DNA of 32,000 bases from Candidatus Pelagibacter sp. HTCC7211. GTDB lineage: Bacteria; Pseudomonadota; Alphaproteobacteria; Pelagibacterales; Pelagibacteraceae. The notes under the pieces are model-generated. The model saw nothing but the letters and a program-made list of their open reading frames with translations. It did no database searches and was not told the origin of the DNA. How positions within the stretch are numbered: the first letter of the stretch is position 1; every line of letters begins with the position of its first letter. This document shows, in pieces, positions 10,547 to 21,023 of the stretch. Made by a program: the position numbers and the translations under genes. The stretch is taken from NCBI RefSeq assembly GCF_000155895.1, contig NZ_DS995298.1:120001-152000 (forward strand). The letters are read 5' to 3'.

Positions 10547-10599
10547 AATTCTGCGGTGTTATACAAAGATTGCTATAAATTTACAACCTATATTAAGGC

Positions 10600-11145
10600 C
10601 TATAAAGGCTGAATAACCATGATCATTTGCTTGCCATCAAACTTAGGGTGCAATTCGACCTTACCAATATCCTTCATGTCTTCTTTGATCTTGCCCATTA
10701 ATTCATTTCCTAGGTGTGAATGTTGAAGCTCTCGACCCTTAAATCTGATTGTAAATTTAACTTTATCTCCTTTTGCTATAAATTTTTTTGCATTTTTTAC
10801 TTTAAATTCATAATCATGTGTTTCTGTTACCGGCCTCATTTTAATTTCTTTTAGTAAGACAATTTTTTGTTTCTTCTTCGCGAGATTTGCTTTTTTTTGG
10901 GCATCATACTTATATTTACCCATATCCATAATCTTACAAACTGGAGGATTAGCATTAGCAGCTATTTCGATTAAATCCAATCCTTGATTTTTCGCCATTG
11001 AGATAGCGTCATTTGTGTTCATCACACCAAGATTTTCCCCGTCACTTGCTATTACCTGAACATCAGGAGATGAAATTCTGTTATTAGATCTTGGTCCACG
11101 ATCTTTCGTTCTTCGTTGAAAATAATTTTGTTTTAAATCTGCCAC
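10600..11145 (-). CDS. infC: translation initiation factor IF-3
   Basis: 181 aa. NRISSPDVQVIASDGENLGV and PPVCKIMDMGKYKY align with E. coli IF3. The start must be non-AUG: GTG at 11143-11145 follows an in-frame TAA immediately. Confidence 0.93.
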   Translation of the reverse strand: MADLKQNYFQRRTKDRGPRSNNRISSPDVQVIASDGENLGVMNTNDAISMAKNQGLDLIEIAANANPPVCKIMDMGKYKYDAQKKANLAKKKQKIVLLKEIKMRPVTETHDYEFKVKNAKKFIAKGDKVKFTIRFKGRELQHSHLGNELMGKIKEDMKDIGKVELHPKFDGKQMIMVIQPL

Positions 11146-13062
11146 TTAGTTTGAGGATGCTTTATTTAAAGCAGAGAATGTTTTTAAGAATTGTTCTGTA
11201 TCCATATTTTCTTGTTTATTAGAGTCTAATCTTCTAATCGTTACTGAATTGGAGTCAACTTCTTTTTTACCACAAATTAATAAAACTGGTATTTTTGCTA
11301 AAGAATGATCTCTAATCTTGTAATTTAAATTATTGTTTTTTAAATCTACTGCAGAACTAATCCCTACTTTTTTTATTTTTTTAGACACTTCAACTGCGTA
11401 GTCGTTGAATTCTTCTGAAATAGGTATTACCATAGTTTGTAAAGGGGATATCCAAAAAGGAAATTTTCCAGCATAGTTTTCAATTAAAATACCAATAAAT
11501 CTCTCTAGAGATCCAAATAATGCTCTATGCAACATGACGGGAACTTTTTTAGTTCCATCTTTATCTACATAAGAAGCATCTAATCTACCCGGTAGATTTA
11601 AATCGACTTGTAAAGTTCCACACTGCCAATCTCTACCAATTGCATCTCTTAAAACAAATTCAATCTTAGGTCCATAGAATGCACCTTCACCTTTATTAAT
11701 ACTATACTCAAGTTTTGAAGCTTTAACTGCTTCGAGCAATGATGCTTCCGCTTTATCCCAAATCTCATCATCACCTACTCTTACTTCAGGTCTATCTGCA
11801 TATTTTAATATTACATTTTCAAAACCAAGGTCTTTATAAATATCTAAAATCAAATTAGTTACCTCTAAACACTCACTTGTGATTTGATCTTCTGAACAAA
11901 ATATATGAGCATCATCTTGTGTAAATGCTCTTACTCTCAGCAAACCATGTAAAGCACCAGATGGTTCATATCGATGAACTTTTCCAAATTCAGCTATTCG
12001 TATTGGTAAATCTCTATAACTTTTTAATCCTTGGTTAAATACTTGAATATGACCTGGACAATTCATCGGTTTAATCGCGAATACTTTTTCATCTGGTGTT
12101 TCCGAAGTGTACATATTTTCTCCATATTTTTCCCAATGACCAGATTTTTCCCAAAGTTGTCTATCTAATATTTCTGGTGTGTTCACCTCTCTATAGCCAG
12201 CAGCATCTTGCCTACTTCTCATATAATTTATTAATTTTTGAAATAAAGCCCATCCTTTTTCATGCCAAAATACTGATCCTGGACTTTCTTCTCTAAAATG
12301 GAACAAATCCATTTCTTTTCCAAGTTTTCTATGATCTCTTTTTTCAGCTTCTTCAATTCTTTTTAAATATTCATCTAATTCTTTTTGGCTTGCCCAACTA
12401 GTTCCGTAAATTCTTTGTAACATCTCATTTTTTGAGTCACCTCTCCAGTAAGCACCAGATACCTTAGTCAGTTTAAAATACTTTCCAATCTTGCCTGTAG
12501 AAGAAAGATGTGGACCTCTACAAAGATCATGCCAGTCACCATGAAAGTATATTGATACATCTTCATTTTCAGGAATAGCCTCTATTAATTCTGCTTTATA
12601 AACTTCACCTTTTTTCTTAAAATGAGCAATGGCTTTATTTCTTTCCCAAACTTCTCTTTTAGTAATTTCGTCTCTATCAACAATTTCTTTCATCTTATTT
12701 TCAATTTTAATTAAATCGTCTTCTGTAAAAGACTCTTTTCTTGCAAAATCATAATAAAAACCATTTTCTATAACAGGCCCAATAGTTACCTGAGTTCCTG
12801 GGAATAATTCTTGAACTGCCATTGCTAATATATGAGCTGTATCATGTCTTATAGTTTCTAATCCTTCTGGATTTTTTGATGTGAATATTTTAATAGAACA
12901 ATCATTTTCAATTATATGATCTAAGTCTTTTAATTCACCATTGACACTAATAACCATTGCTTGTTTGGCAAGTGATTTACTAATTTTTTCAGCTACATCT
13001 AAACCCGTAACTTTGTTTGGGAAATTCAAATTATTTCCATCTGGTAATGTAATTATTGGCAT
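11146..13062 (-). CDS. thrS: threonine--tRNA ligase
   Basis: 638 aa. N-terminal TGS domain, an editing domain, the class II core (HRYEPSGALHGLLRVRAFTQDDAHIF) and a C-terminal anticodon-binding domain. Confidence 0.96.
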   Translation of the reverse strand: MPIITLPDGNNLNFPNKVTGLDVAEKISKSLAKQAMVISVNGELKDLDHIIENDCSIKIFTSKNPEGLETIRHDTAHILAMAVQELFPGTQVTIGPVIENGFYYDFARKESFTEDDLIKIENKMKEIVDRDEITKREVWERNKAIAHFKKKGEVYKAELIEAIPENEDVSIYFHGDWHDLCRGPHLSSTGKIGKYFKLTKVSGAYWRGDSKNEMLQRIYGTSWASQKELDEYLKRIEEAEKRDHRKLGKEMDLFHFREESPGSVFWHEKGWALFQKLINYMRSRQDAAGYREVNTPEILDRQLWEKSGHWEKYGENMYTSETPDEKVFAIKPMNCPGHIQVFNQGLKSYRDLPIRIAEFGKVHRYEPSGALHGLLRVRAFTQDDAHIFCSEDQITSECLEVTNLILDIYKDLGFENVILKYADRPEVRVGDDEIWDKAEASLLEAVKASKLEYSINKGEGAFYGPKIEFVLRDAIGRDWQCGTLQVDLNLPGRLDASYVDKDGTKKVPVMLHRALFGSLERFIGILIENYAGKFPFWISPLQTMVIPISEEFNDYAVEVSKKIKKVGISSAVDLKNNNLNYKIRDHSLAKIPVLLICGKKEVDSNSVTIRRLDSNKQENMDTEQFLKTFSALNKASSN

Positions 13063-13066
13063 TTAA

Positions 13067-14221
13067 TTAATTCATTATTTTTTTATACTCTGAATAAGTA
13101 GAAAAGCACATTTTTTCAACATTAAATTTTTTAATAACATTCTTTCTTCCCTCAGTTCCAATCAATTTTAAAGAAGTTTCATCTAAATAGAGTAATTTTA
13201 AAATTTTTTGACTTAGTGATTTTGAATTTCCTGAATCAAATAAAAAACCAGTCTTTTCATCAATTATAGTTTCATTTGAACCGCCAATATTGCTTGCTAT
13301 TATTGGTTTTTCCATAGATTGAGCTTCTACAGCAACTCTACCAAAAGCTTCGGGTTCCGTTGATGCTGAAACAATTATATCTGAAATTTTATAAGCAAGA
13401 GCCATATCTTTACAGTGATCAATAAATCTTACCTGATTATTCATTCTAAACTGTTCTGATAGTCTGATAAGTTTTTTTTTATATAAATCTCTACCTTGAT
13501 CACTTCCAAGAATAACAACATAAAAAGCTTCATATCCAAGTTCTATATTTACTAAATTAATAGCTTCAATAAAAAGCTCTTGTCCTTTCCATGAAGTAAG
13601 TCTTCCAGGTAATAAAATTATTTTTTTATCTTTTTCAATTTCCCATTGTTTTAATAACTTTTTTTCATCACTCTCTATCTTTGTGGTTGGATCAAAATAA
13701 TCAACATTTATGCCCCTAAAAATTACACGAAGTCTTTTATTCACATCAAAATATTTCGAATAATTTTCTTTTATATGTGAAAAAATAAAATTAGATCCAG
13801 CAATTATTAAGTCAGATTTAACCATTACTGAATTATAAAATTTTTTTAATTTACTTTCAAAATTATATGTTCCGTGGAAAGTCGTAACAAATTTTCTACC
13901 TGTTAGGATAGTAGCTAAATAACAAGACCATGCTGGTGCTCTGCTCCTAGCATGTACAATTGAAATATTATTGTACAAGATTATCCAAATCAAAGCTAAA
14001 GAATTAAAAAATATTAATAATGGATTTTTACTGTTAACTGGCAGTTTAATAACTTTAACTTTTTTTTTATCAACAAATTTTAAAAGCTCACCCCCACTAG
14101 TAACAATAAAAGACTCACAATTATTTTCAGGTAAATAATGAGCAATATCATAACATCCAGTTTCAGCTCCACCATATCCTAATTTTGGGATTACTTGTAA
14201 AACTTTTAAATTCAATGACAT
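13067..14221 (-). CDS. family-4 (GT-B, group 1) glycosyltransferase
   Basis: 384 aa. The C-terminal E-x7-E region is EPEAFGRVAVEAQSMEKPIIASNIGGSNETI. The stop lies 4 nt upstream of the thrS start. Confidence 0.8.
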   Translation of the reverse strand: MSLNLKVLQVIPKLGYGGAETGCYDIAHYLPENNCESFIVTSGGELLKFVDKKKVKVIKLPVNSKNPLLIFFNSLALIWIILYNNISIVHARSRAPAWSCYLATILTGRKFVTTFHGTYNFESKLKKFYNSVMVKSDLIIAGSNFIFSHIKENYSKYFDVNKRLRVIFRGINVDYFDPTTKIESDEKKLLKQWEIEKDKKIILLPGRLTSWKGQELFIEAINLVNIELGYEAFYVVILGSDQGRDLYKKKLIRLSEQFRMNNQVRFIDHCKDMALAYKISDIIVSASTEPEAFGRVAVEAQSMEKPIIASNIGGSNETIIDEKTGFLFDSGNSKSLSQKILKLLYLDETSLKLIGTEGRKNVIKKFNVEKMCFSTYSEYKKIMN

Positions 14222-14262
14222 TAAAATTATTATATATTAATACTGAAAACATATAAATAATA

Positions 14263-15006
14263 ATGACTAATTTTAAATATTACAAAATCTCAAAAACAAA
14301 AAAAATTAGATATTTATGTAATTATTATGAGAAAAATCTCTATATAGTTTTTCTTCATGGTTTTATGTCTGATCTGGAAGGAGAAAAACCAAAAGTATTT
14401 CTCAAATATGCAAAAAAAAATAAACTTGGTTTTCTAGCCATTGAATATTCGGGACATGGAAAATCTTCAGGCGAATTTACTAAAGGAAATATTAGTAAAT
14501 GGACCTCAGATACAAAAACTGTCATCAAGAAGATTATAAAAAAAAACAATTTTATCTTAATAGGATCTAGTATGGGATCATGGATTTCACTTAATCAATT
14601 TAAATATTTTCAAAAACAAATTAAAGGTTTTTTGGGTATTGGTTCGGCTCCTGAATTTTTAGATCGAATAATGTGGAAAAAATTTACAAAAAAAATGAAA
14701 ATGGAAACCAAAAATAAAGGGGTTTATAATTTAAAACATGGTGGCTATGAATATCCAATAACTTATCAATTAATTAAGGATGGTAGAAAAAATAAAATTT
14801 TAAATAAAAAGATTAAACTTGAAATTCCTGTAACGATGATACATGGCAGTAATGATACCACAGTGCCTACTTCCTTATCCAGGAAAGTACTAAAGTTATT
14901 TGATAATGCTAAAAAAAAATTACTAATAATTAAGAATGGAGATCACAGTCTATTCAGTAAAAAACTTCAAAAGAAAATAGTAAGAGAGCTTGATTTTTTC
15001 TTCTAA
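14263..15006 (+). CDS. alpha/beta-fold serine hydrolase, substrate unknown
   Basis: 247 aa. HGF oxyanion region (VFLHGFMSD), nucleophile elbow GSSMGSW and a C-terminal GDHS histidine. Confidence 0.7.
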   Translation: MTNFKYYKISKTKKIRYLCNYYEKNLYIVFLHGFMSDLEGEKPKVFLKYAKKNKLGFLAIEYSGHGKSSGEFTKGNISKWTSDTKTVIKKIIKKNNFILIGSSMGSWISLNQFKYFQKQIKGFLGIGSAPEFLDRIMWKKFTKKMKMETKNKGVYNLKHGGYEYPITYQLIKDGRKNKILNKKIKLEIPVTMIHGSNDTTVPTSLSRKVLKLFDNAKKKLLIIKNGDHSLFSKKLQKKIVRELDFFF

Positions 15007-18000
15007 CTTACTTCTTTAATATTTGACTTTAGGCTAATCGGATTACTTAATTTATCTAACATTTCTTTAGGGCAGACTTGAACAAAGTTATTTAATTCTT
15101 CATCGAAATTTTCAATAATTTGTTTTGATAAATCAGATCCTGTTTCGTTTACATGCTCTATTACTAAACTTTTTAAAAAATTTTTCCAATAATCAGTCTC
15201 TAAGTTTTGCCAAACAACTGACTCTGGATTAACCTTTTTTTCAAATTCTTTATTTCTATCATAAACAAATGCCATTCCACCTGTCATACCAGCTGCAAAA
15301 TTATCTCCAACTTCTCCTAAAATTACAACTGTTCCTCCAGTCATATATTCACAACCATTAGAATCACATCCCTCTACCACGGCAGTAGCTCCTGAATTTC
15401 TCACAGCAAATCTATCACCTGCTTGGCCTGCTGCAAAAAGTTTACCTGATGTTGCTCCATAAAGAACCGTATTCCCTATTATTGTATTTTCATTTGATAC
15501 TAAATTACTTTCGTCTGAAAGTTTTATTGATATGGTTGAACCCGACAGACCTTTACCAACATAATCGTTTGCATCACCCTTAAGTGTAAGTTTTAGACCT
15601 TTTGAAGTAAAAGCACCAAAAGATTGACCTGCTGAACCTTTAAATTTTAACTCTAAAAAATTTTCTTCTAATTTTTCATATCCATACTTCACATACAAAT
15701 GATGTGAAATTCTCGTACCAACAGCTCTATTAGTATTTTTAATTAGAAATTCTTTTTCTATTTTTTCTGAATTATCTAAAGATCTTTCAATCTCTGGCCA
15801 AATTTCTTGGTCAAGTGTATCTGGAACTTTATTAATCGAAGAGTTCTCACAATATCTTTTATTATTACCCGGATCTGCTTGAACAAAAAGTGGGTTTAAA
15901 TCTAAATCATCTAAATTTGGAGATGCTTTATTAACTTGCATTAATAAATCTGTCCTTCCAATAATTTCATTTAGAGATTTAAAGCCAAGTTCAGCTAAAA
16001 TTTCTCTTACTTCCGATGCAATAAAAGTAAACAAATTAACAATTTTATCTGGTGTGCCTGTAAACTTTTCTCTTAACTTGTCATCTTGTGTACAAACTCC
16101 TACTGGACAAGTATTTGAATGACATTGTCTTACCATTATGCATCCCATAGCAACTAAAGCAGTTGTTGCTACCCCATATTCTTCTGCACCCATCATTGCA
16201 GCAATAACAACATCTCTTCCTGTTTTAATTCCTCCGTCTGTTCTTAAAGTAACTTTGTGTCTAAGATTATTTAAAGTTAGTACTTGATTAGCCTCAGTAA
16301 GACCCATTTCCCATGGAATGCCAACATATTTTACACTAGTTTGTGGAGTTGCTCCAGTTCCACCATTGTGACCTGAAATTAATATTATATCTGCCTCAGC
16401 TTTTGCTACTCCTGCCGCAATAGTTCCAACACCTGAAGACGCAACTAACTTAACACCTATTCGAGCCTTAGGGTTTATTTGCTTTAGGTCATAAATTAAT
16501 TGGGCTAAATCTTCTATTGAATAAATATCGTGATGAGGCGGTGGAGAAATAAGAGTAACTCCTGGTGTAGAGTGTCTTAATTTTGCAATTTCTTCAGTTA
16601 CTTTAAACCCAGGTAATTGACCTCCTTCACCAGGCTTAGCACCTTGTGCAATTTTAATTTCAATTTCATTACAATTATTTAAATAATTTATAGTTACACC
16701 AAATCTTGCAGATGCAATTTGTTTAACTCTTGAGTTAGCGCTATCTCCACCATCTAAAACTTTAAACCTTTTTTCATCTTCCCCACCTTCACCACTGCAT
16801 GAAGCTCCTTTAATTCTGTTCATTCCAATTGCTAATGTTTCGTGAGCTTCTTTTGACAGCGCACCATGAGACATACTTCCACTACCAAATCTTTTTAGAA
16901 TTTTCTCAATTGGCTCTACTTCAGAAAGGTCAATCGAAGGTCCTAATTTTTTCTTTCTAAAATTAATTAAATCTCTCAAATTAATAGGTGGTAAATTATA
17001 AATACCCTCAGCATATCTTTTATAAGCTTCATAAGAATTTGATCCAACAGCACTTTGCAATAAATGTATTAATTTCCCTTGGTATTGATGAGTTTCTCCA
17101 TTTTTCCTATATCTATAAATTCCTCCAATAGGCAGCACAGTTTCTGTACTATCAAATGCTTCTTTATGTATTTCACGAATTTTTTTTTCAATTCCTGTTA
17201 AACCTATACCTGAAATTTTAGAGGTAATTCCTGGAAAATAATCATCAACTACTGTTCTACTTAAACCTACAGTCTCAAAGTTACACCCTCCTCTATATGA
17301 GCTTAATACTGATATACCCATTTTTGACATTATTTTTAGAAGGCCAGCATTAACTGAATTAATATACCTTTTAACACAGTCATCAAAACTGAACTGACCA
17401 AATAATTTCTTGGTATGTCTTTGATACAAGCTATCAAAAGCTAAATATGGATTAACTGTAGTTGCGCCAACACCTAATAACGTTGCAAATGAGTGTGTAT
17501 CCATTGCCTCACCAGATTGAACATTTATTGAAACATAGCCTCTAAGTTTTTTGGTGATTAAATAAGTATTAATTGCTCCAACACTTAAAAGCATTGGGAT
17601 AGGTAAATTCTCATTAGATAAATTTTTATCACTAAGTATTAATTGCGTTACACCTTGTCTAACAGCTATTTCTGACTCTTTTTGAATTCTCTCTAGAGCA
17701 ACTGATAAATTCTCATCTTTAGAAAAAGTACAATCTAAAATTTTTGAATTTTTTCCAAAAAAATTTATAAATTTATTAAATTGTGAATTAGATAAGATAG
17801 GACTATTTAAAACATATATATTCTCTTTTGTAAGAGTATCAAAATCTAAGATATTTCCTAAATTTCCAAATCTTGTTTTCAAACTCATTACTTTATTCTC
17901 TCTTAGAGAGTCGATTGGTGGATTAGTTACTTGGCTAAAATTTTGTCTAAAGAAATGATATAAGGGTCTATATTTATCAGATAAAACAGCAAGAGGTGTG

Positions 18001-19508
18001 TCATCACCCATTGAACCTATGGCTTCTTTTGCATCTTCAGCCATAGGATGCAATATCAATTCAAGATCCTCTAAACTAATTCCAAATGTATATTGTCTTC
18101 TTCTGAGATCTTCGCCCTCAAAGTTATTCTTCTCATTAGAAATTGTTAATTTTTCATCTAAATCTACGATTTGAGAATTAAACTGTTTAAACTCTTTAGC
18201 TAAATAATCTTTAATATCATCATTGAAAAAAACTTTTCCTTTTTCAATCCTAACCCCTATAATTTCGCCAGGTCCCAATCTTCCTTTAGTTAATATTTTT
18301 TTTTCATTAAGTTCAATCATTCCTGTCTCAGATCCAGCAAAAAGTAATTTGTCTTTTGTTATTGCATATCTAAGAGGTCTTAATCCATTTCTATCGTTAG
18401 CAGCTATAATCCATTCATTGTCTGTGGCGGCGATAGCGGCAGGACCATCCCATGGTTCCATTGTACTATTTAAAAAATTAAATAATTGTTGATGACTTTT
18501 GGGTAGTGTTTTATTTTTTTTTGACCAAGCATCTGGCACTAACATTAGCTTAGCTAATGGAGCTGTTTGTCCAGATTTATTTAATAGTTCAAAGACATTA
18601 TCAAGTGCAGCTGAGTCTGAAACACCTTTTTGTATAACTGGTTTTAAATTCTCTACGTTGTCAAAAAGGGGACTACTCATTTCTTGTTCATGAACCTTCA
18701 TCCAATTTTTATTACCTTTGTAAGTATTTATTTCACCATTATGCGCTATGGCTCTAAACGGTTGTGCTAAACTCCAACTTGGTGCTGTGTTAGTAGAAAA
18801 CCTTTGATGAAATATTGCATATCTTGAAACAAATCTTTCATCTTTTAAGTCTAGATAAAAATCTGAGATTGCTTCAGCCAAATATAGCCCTTTGTAAATT
18901 ATTGATTTAGAACTAATTGAACAAACATAAAAATTATTTAAAGATAATTGGAAAGCTTTATTTTCAATTCGTTTTCTAGTTTCATAAATTTTTCTTTCTA
19001 ATTTTTTATCAACTAAATTAGTATCATTTGATTTAAAAAGAACTTGGATAATTTCCGGCATAGTTTGCAAAGCTTTATCACCCAAAACTTTTGGGTTAAC
19101 TGGTACTTGCCTCCAACCATAAATACTAAAATTGTTTTTAGTTAACTCACTTTCAACAATTGTTTTACAGCTTTCATGGGCTGCGTAATCGTTTCTTGGT
19201 AGAAAAATCATTCCAACACAAATTTCTGCATTATCATAATCGTGTCCAGTAACCTCAATTTTCTCTATGAAAAAATCCTTTGGAATTTCTACATGAATTC
19301 CAGCTCCATCACCTGTTTTTCCATCTGCATCTACTGCTCCTCTATGCCAGACAGCCTTAAGAGCCTCTATGCCATATTCAACTATTTGCCTTGATTTTTT
19401 TCCTTCAGTTGAAGCTATTACACCCACACCACAAGCATCATGCTCCATTTCTGTTGAATAAACATGATTCTTTTCGAGTAATTTTAAGTTTTTTTTATAA
19501 TTTTCCAT
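15003..19508 (-). CDS. gltB: glutamate synthase large subunit
   Basis: 1501 aa. Ntn-amidotransferase Cys in HDACGVGVIA after a short propeptide, a central FMN/Fe-S domain, and a C-terminal GltB beta-helix domain. Confidence 0.96.
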   Translation of the reverse strand: MENYKKNLKLLEKNHVYSTEMEHDACGVGVIASTEGKKSRQIVEYGIEALKAVWHRGAVDADGKTGDGAGIHVEIPKDFFIEKIEVTGHDYDNAEICVGMIFLPRNDYAAHESCKTIVESELTKNNFSIYGWRQVPVNPKVLGDKALQTMPEIIQVLFKSNDTNLVDKKLERKIYETRKRIENKAFQLSLNNFYVCSISSKSIIYKGLYLAEAISDFYLDLKDERFVSRYAIFHQRFSTNTAPSWSLAQPFRAIAHNGEINTYKGNKNWMKVHEQEMSSPLFDNVENLKPVIQKGVSDSAALDNVFELLNKSGQTAPLAKLMLVPDAWSKKNKTLPKSHQQLFNFLNSTMEPWDGPAAIAATDNEWIIAANDRNGLRPLRYAITKDKLLFAGSETGMIELNEKKILTKGRLGPGEIIGVRIEKGKVFFNDDIKDYLAKEFKQFNSQIVDLDEKLTISNEKNNFEGEDLRRRQYTFGISLEDLELILHPMAEDAKEAIGSMGDDTPLAVLSDKYRPLYHFFRQNFSQVTNPPIDSLRENKVMSLKTRFGNLGNILDFDTLTKENIYVLNSPILSNSQFNKFINFFGKNSKILDCTFSKDENLSVALERIQKESEIAVRQGVTQLILSDKNLSNENLPIPMLLSVGAINTYLITKKLRGYVSINVQSGEAMDTHSFATLLGVGATTVNPYLAFDSLYQRHTKKLFGQFSFDDCVKRYINSVNAGLLKIMSKMGISVLSSYRGGCNFETVGLSRTVVDDYFPGITSKISGIGLTGIEKKIREIHKEAFDSTETVLPIGGIYRYRKNGETHQYQGKLIHLLQSAVGSNSYEAYKRYAEGIYNLPPINLRDLINFRKKKLGPSIDLSEVEPIEKILKRFGSGSMSHGALSKEAHETLAIGMNRIKGASCSGEGGEDEKRFKVLDGGDSANSRVKQIASARFGVTINYLNNCNEIEIKIAQGAKPGEGGQLPGFKVTEEIAKLRHSTPGVTLISPPPHHDIYSIEDLAQLIYDLKQINPKARIGVKLVASSGVGTIAAGVAKAEADIILISGHNGGTGATPQTSVKYVGIPWEMGLTEANQVLTLNNLRHKVTLRTDGGIKTGRDVVIAAMMGAEEYGVATTALVAMGCIMVRQCHSNTCPVGVCTQDDKLREKFTGTPDKIVNLFTFIASEVREILAELGFKSLNEIIGRTDLLMQVNKASPNLDDLDLNPLFVQADPGNNKRYCENSSINKVPDTLDQEIWPEIERSLDNSEKIEKEFLIKNTNRAVGTRISHHLYVKYGYEKLEENFLELKFKGSAGQSFGAFTSKGLKLTLKGDANDYVGKGLSGSTISIKLSDESNLVSNENTIIGNTVLYGATSGKLFAAGQAGDRFAVRNSGATAVVEGCDSNGCEYMTGGTVVILGEVGDNFAAGMTGGMAFVYDRNKEFEKKVNPESVVWQNLETDYWKNFLKSLVIEHVNETGSDLSKQIIENFDEELNNFVQVCPKEMLDKLSNPISLKSNIKEVS

Positions 19509-20947
19509 TAAGCAACTTTTGAATTTTTAATTTCATTATTTTCAAGATGAGTTTTTATTGCTGATGCTGCATCTCTTCCGTCTTTAATTGCCCAAACAAC
19601 TAGTGATGCACCTCTCACAATATCACCTGCAGCAAATACACCTTTTAAATTTGTCTCCATTGTATCAAAATCTGCCTTTATAGTTCCCCACTTGGTAACT
19701 TGCAATTCGTTGGCATCAAATAATTTTGGTAGATCCTCTGGATCAAAACCTAAAGCTTTAATTACCATATCGGCTTTAATTTCATAATCTGAACCATCTT
19801 GTACTTCTGGTCGTCTTCTACCACTTTCATCAGGTTCACATAATTTAATTTGATCAACTAATAACTTTTCGACTTTGTTTGTTCCTCTAAATTCTTTTGG
19901 GCTAGATAACCAAACAAATTCAACTCCTTCTTCTTCTGCATTAGCAACTTCTCTCGCAGATCCAGGCATATTTTCTTTATCTCTTCTATATAAACATTTT
20001 ACTGATTTTGCTTTTTGTCTTATTGAAGTTCTTACGCAGTCCATAGCTGTATCGCCACCTCCAATAACAACTACATCTTTACCTTCAGCATTTAAAATGC
20101 CTTTATCAAACATTTCTACTTCATCACCCAAACCTTTTCTATTTGATGCAGTTAAAAAATCCATTGCTGGAAAAATATTATTTAAGTCATTTCCTGGTAA
20201 TTCAACTTCTCTTGCTTTGTAAACACCTGTGGCTATTAATATAGCATCATGTTTTTTTCTTAGTTGTTCTAAAGTAGCATCTTTTCCAACTTCAAAATTT
20301 TGAACAAATTCTATTCCACCATCTTTTAAAAGCTTAGTTCTTCTTTCAACAACTTCTTTTTCTAATTTAAAATTAGGAATTCCATAAATTAATAATCCAC
20401 CAGCTCTATCGTATCTGTCATAAATCGTAATTTTATAACCATTTTTTCTTAACTGTTCTGCTGCTGCTAATCCTGCTGGCCCAGCACCTATTATTCCAAC
20501 ACTCTGATTTTTTTCATTCAAAACATTTATTGGTTTTACCCATCCTTTTTCCCAAGCATTATCGGTGATGTACTTCTCCATTGAACCGATGGTTACAGTT
20601 CCATGGCCTGATTGTTCTATTACACAATTGCCTTCACATAATCTGTCTTGTGGGCAAATTCTTCCACAAACTTCAGGCATATTATTTGTGCTTTGAGATA
20701 GCTCATATGCCTCTTTAAGTCTTCCCTCGGCCGTCAATTTTAGCCAATCAGGAATATTATTGCTCAAAGGACAATGAACTTGGCAAAAGGGAACTCCACA
20801 TTGGGAGCATCTACTTGATTGCTCTTTTGCTTTATCGGTAATAAATTCATCATATATTTCATTAAAATCGTTTTTACGCTTATCTACTCCTCTTTTAGGT
20901 GGAGTTTGTTGACCTATTTTTACGAATTGAAGCATTTTGTCAGACAT
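19508..20947 (-). CDS. gltD: glutamate synthase small subunit
   Basis: 479 aa. Cys clusters CSQCGVPFCQVHCP and CGRICPQDRLCEGNC, plus the dinucleotide motifs GAGPAGL and GGGDTAMD. TAATG 1-nt overlap with gltB. Confidence 0.95.
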   Translation of the reverse strand: MSDKMLQFVKIGQQTPPKRGVDKRKNDFNEIYDEFITDKAKEQSSRCSQCGVPFCQVHCPLSNNIPDWLKLTAEGRLKEAYELSQSTNNMPEVCGRICPQDRLCEGNCVIEQSGHGTVTIGSMEKYITDNAWEKGWVKPINVLNEKNQSVGIIGAGPAGLAAAEQLRKNGYKITIYDRYDRAGGLLIYGIPNFKLEKEVVERRTKLLKDGGIEFVQNFEVGKDATLEQLRKKHDAILIATGVYKAREVELPGNDLNNIFPAMDFLTASNRKGLGDEVEMFDKGILNAEGKDVVVIGGGDTAMDCVRTSIRQKAKSVKCLYRRDKENMPGSAREVANAEEEGVEFVWLSSPKEFRGTNKVEKLLVDQIKLCEPDESGRRRPEVQDGSDYEIKADMVIKALGFDPEDLPKLFDANELQVTKWGTIKADFDTMETNLKGVFAAGDIVRGASLVVWAIKDGRDAASAIKTHLENNEIKNSKVA

Positions 20948-21004
20948 AATTTTTAAAAATTTTATGCAAATTATATATTGTTTTTAATTAATAAAGTAAA
21001 AAAT

Positions 21005-21023
21005 AGGTCATATACTATGACCT
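21005..21023. promoter_or_regulatory. candidate operator: perfect 8-bp inverted repeat AGGTCATA-tac-TATGACCT in the gltD/uppP divergent spacer
   Basis: Read directly from the sequence. It is a GC-containing palindrome in an otherwise very AT-rich 183-nt spacer, 58-76 nt upstream of the gltD ATG. Confidence 0.3.

Noticed and set aside
12096-12296. 66-aa plus-strand ORF inside thrS, and 14355-14549 (minus strand) inside the hydrolase gene
   Set aside because: Both are antisense shadow ORFs within well-supported genes, with no start context or motifs.
18223-20222. Plus-strand ORFs 18223-18492, 18499-18693 and 19875-20222
   Set aside because: They are antisense to gltB and gltD, with Ser/Pro/Leu-rich reverse-frame composition and no independent evidence.
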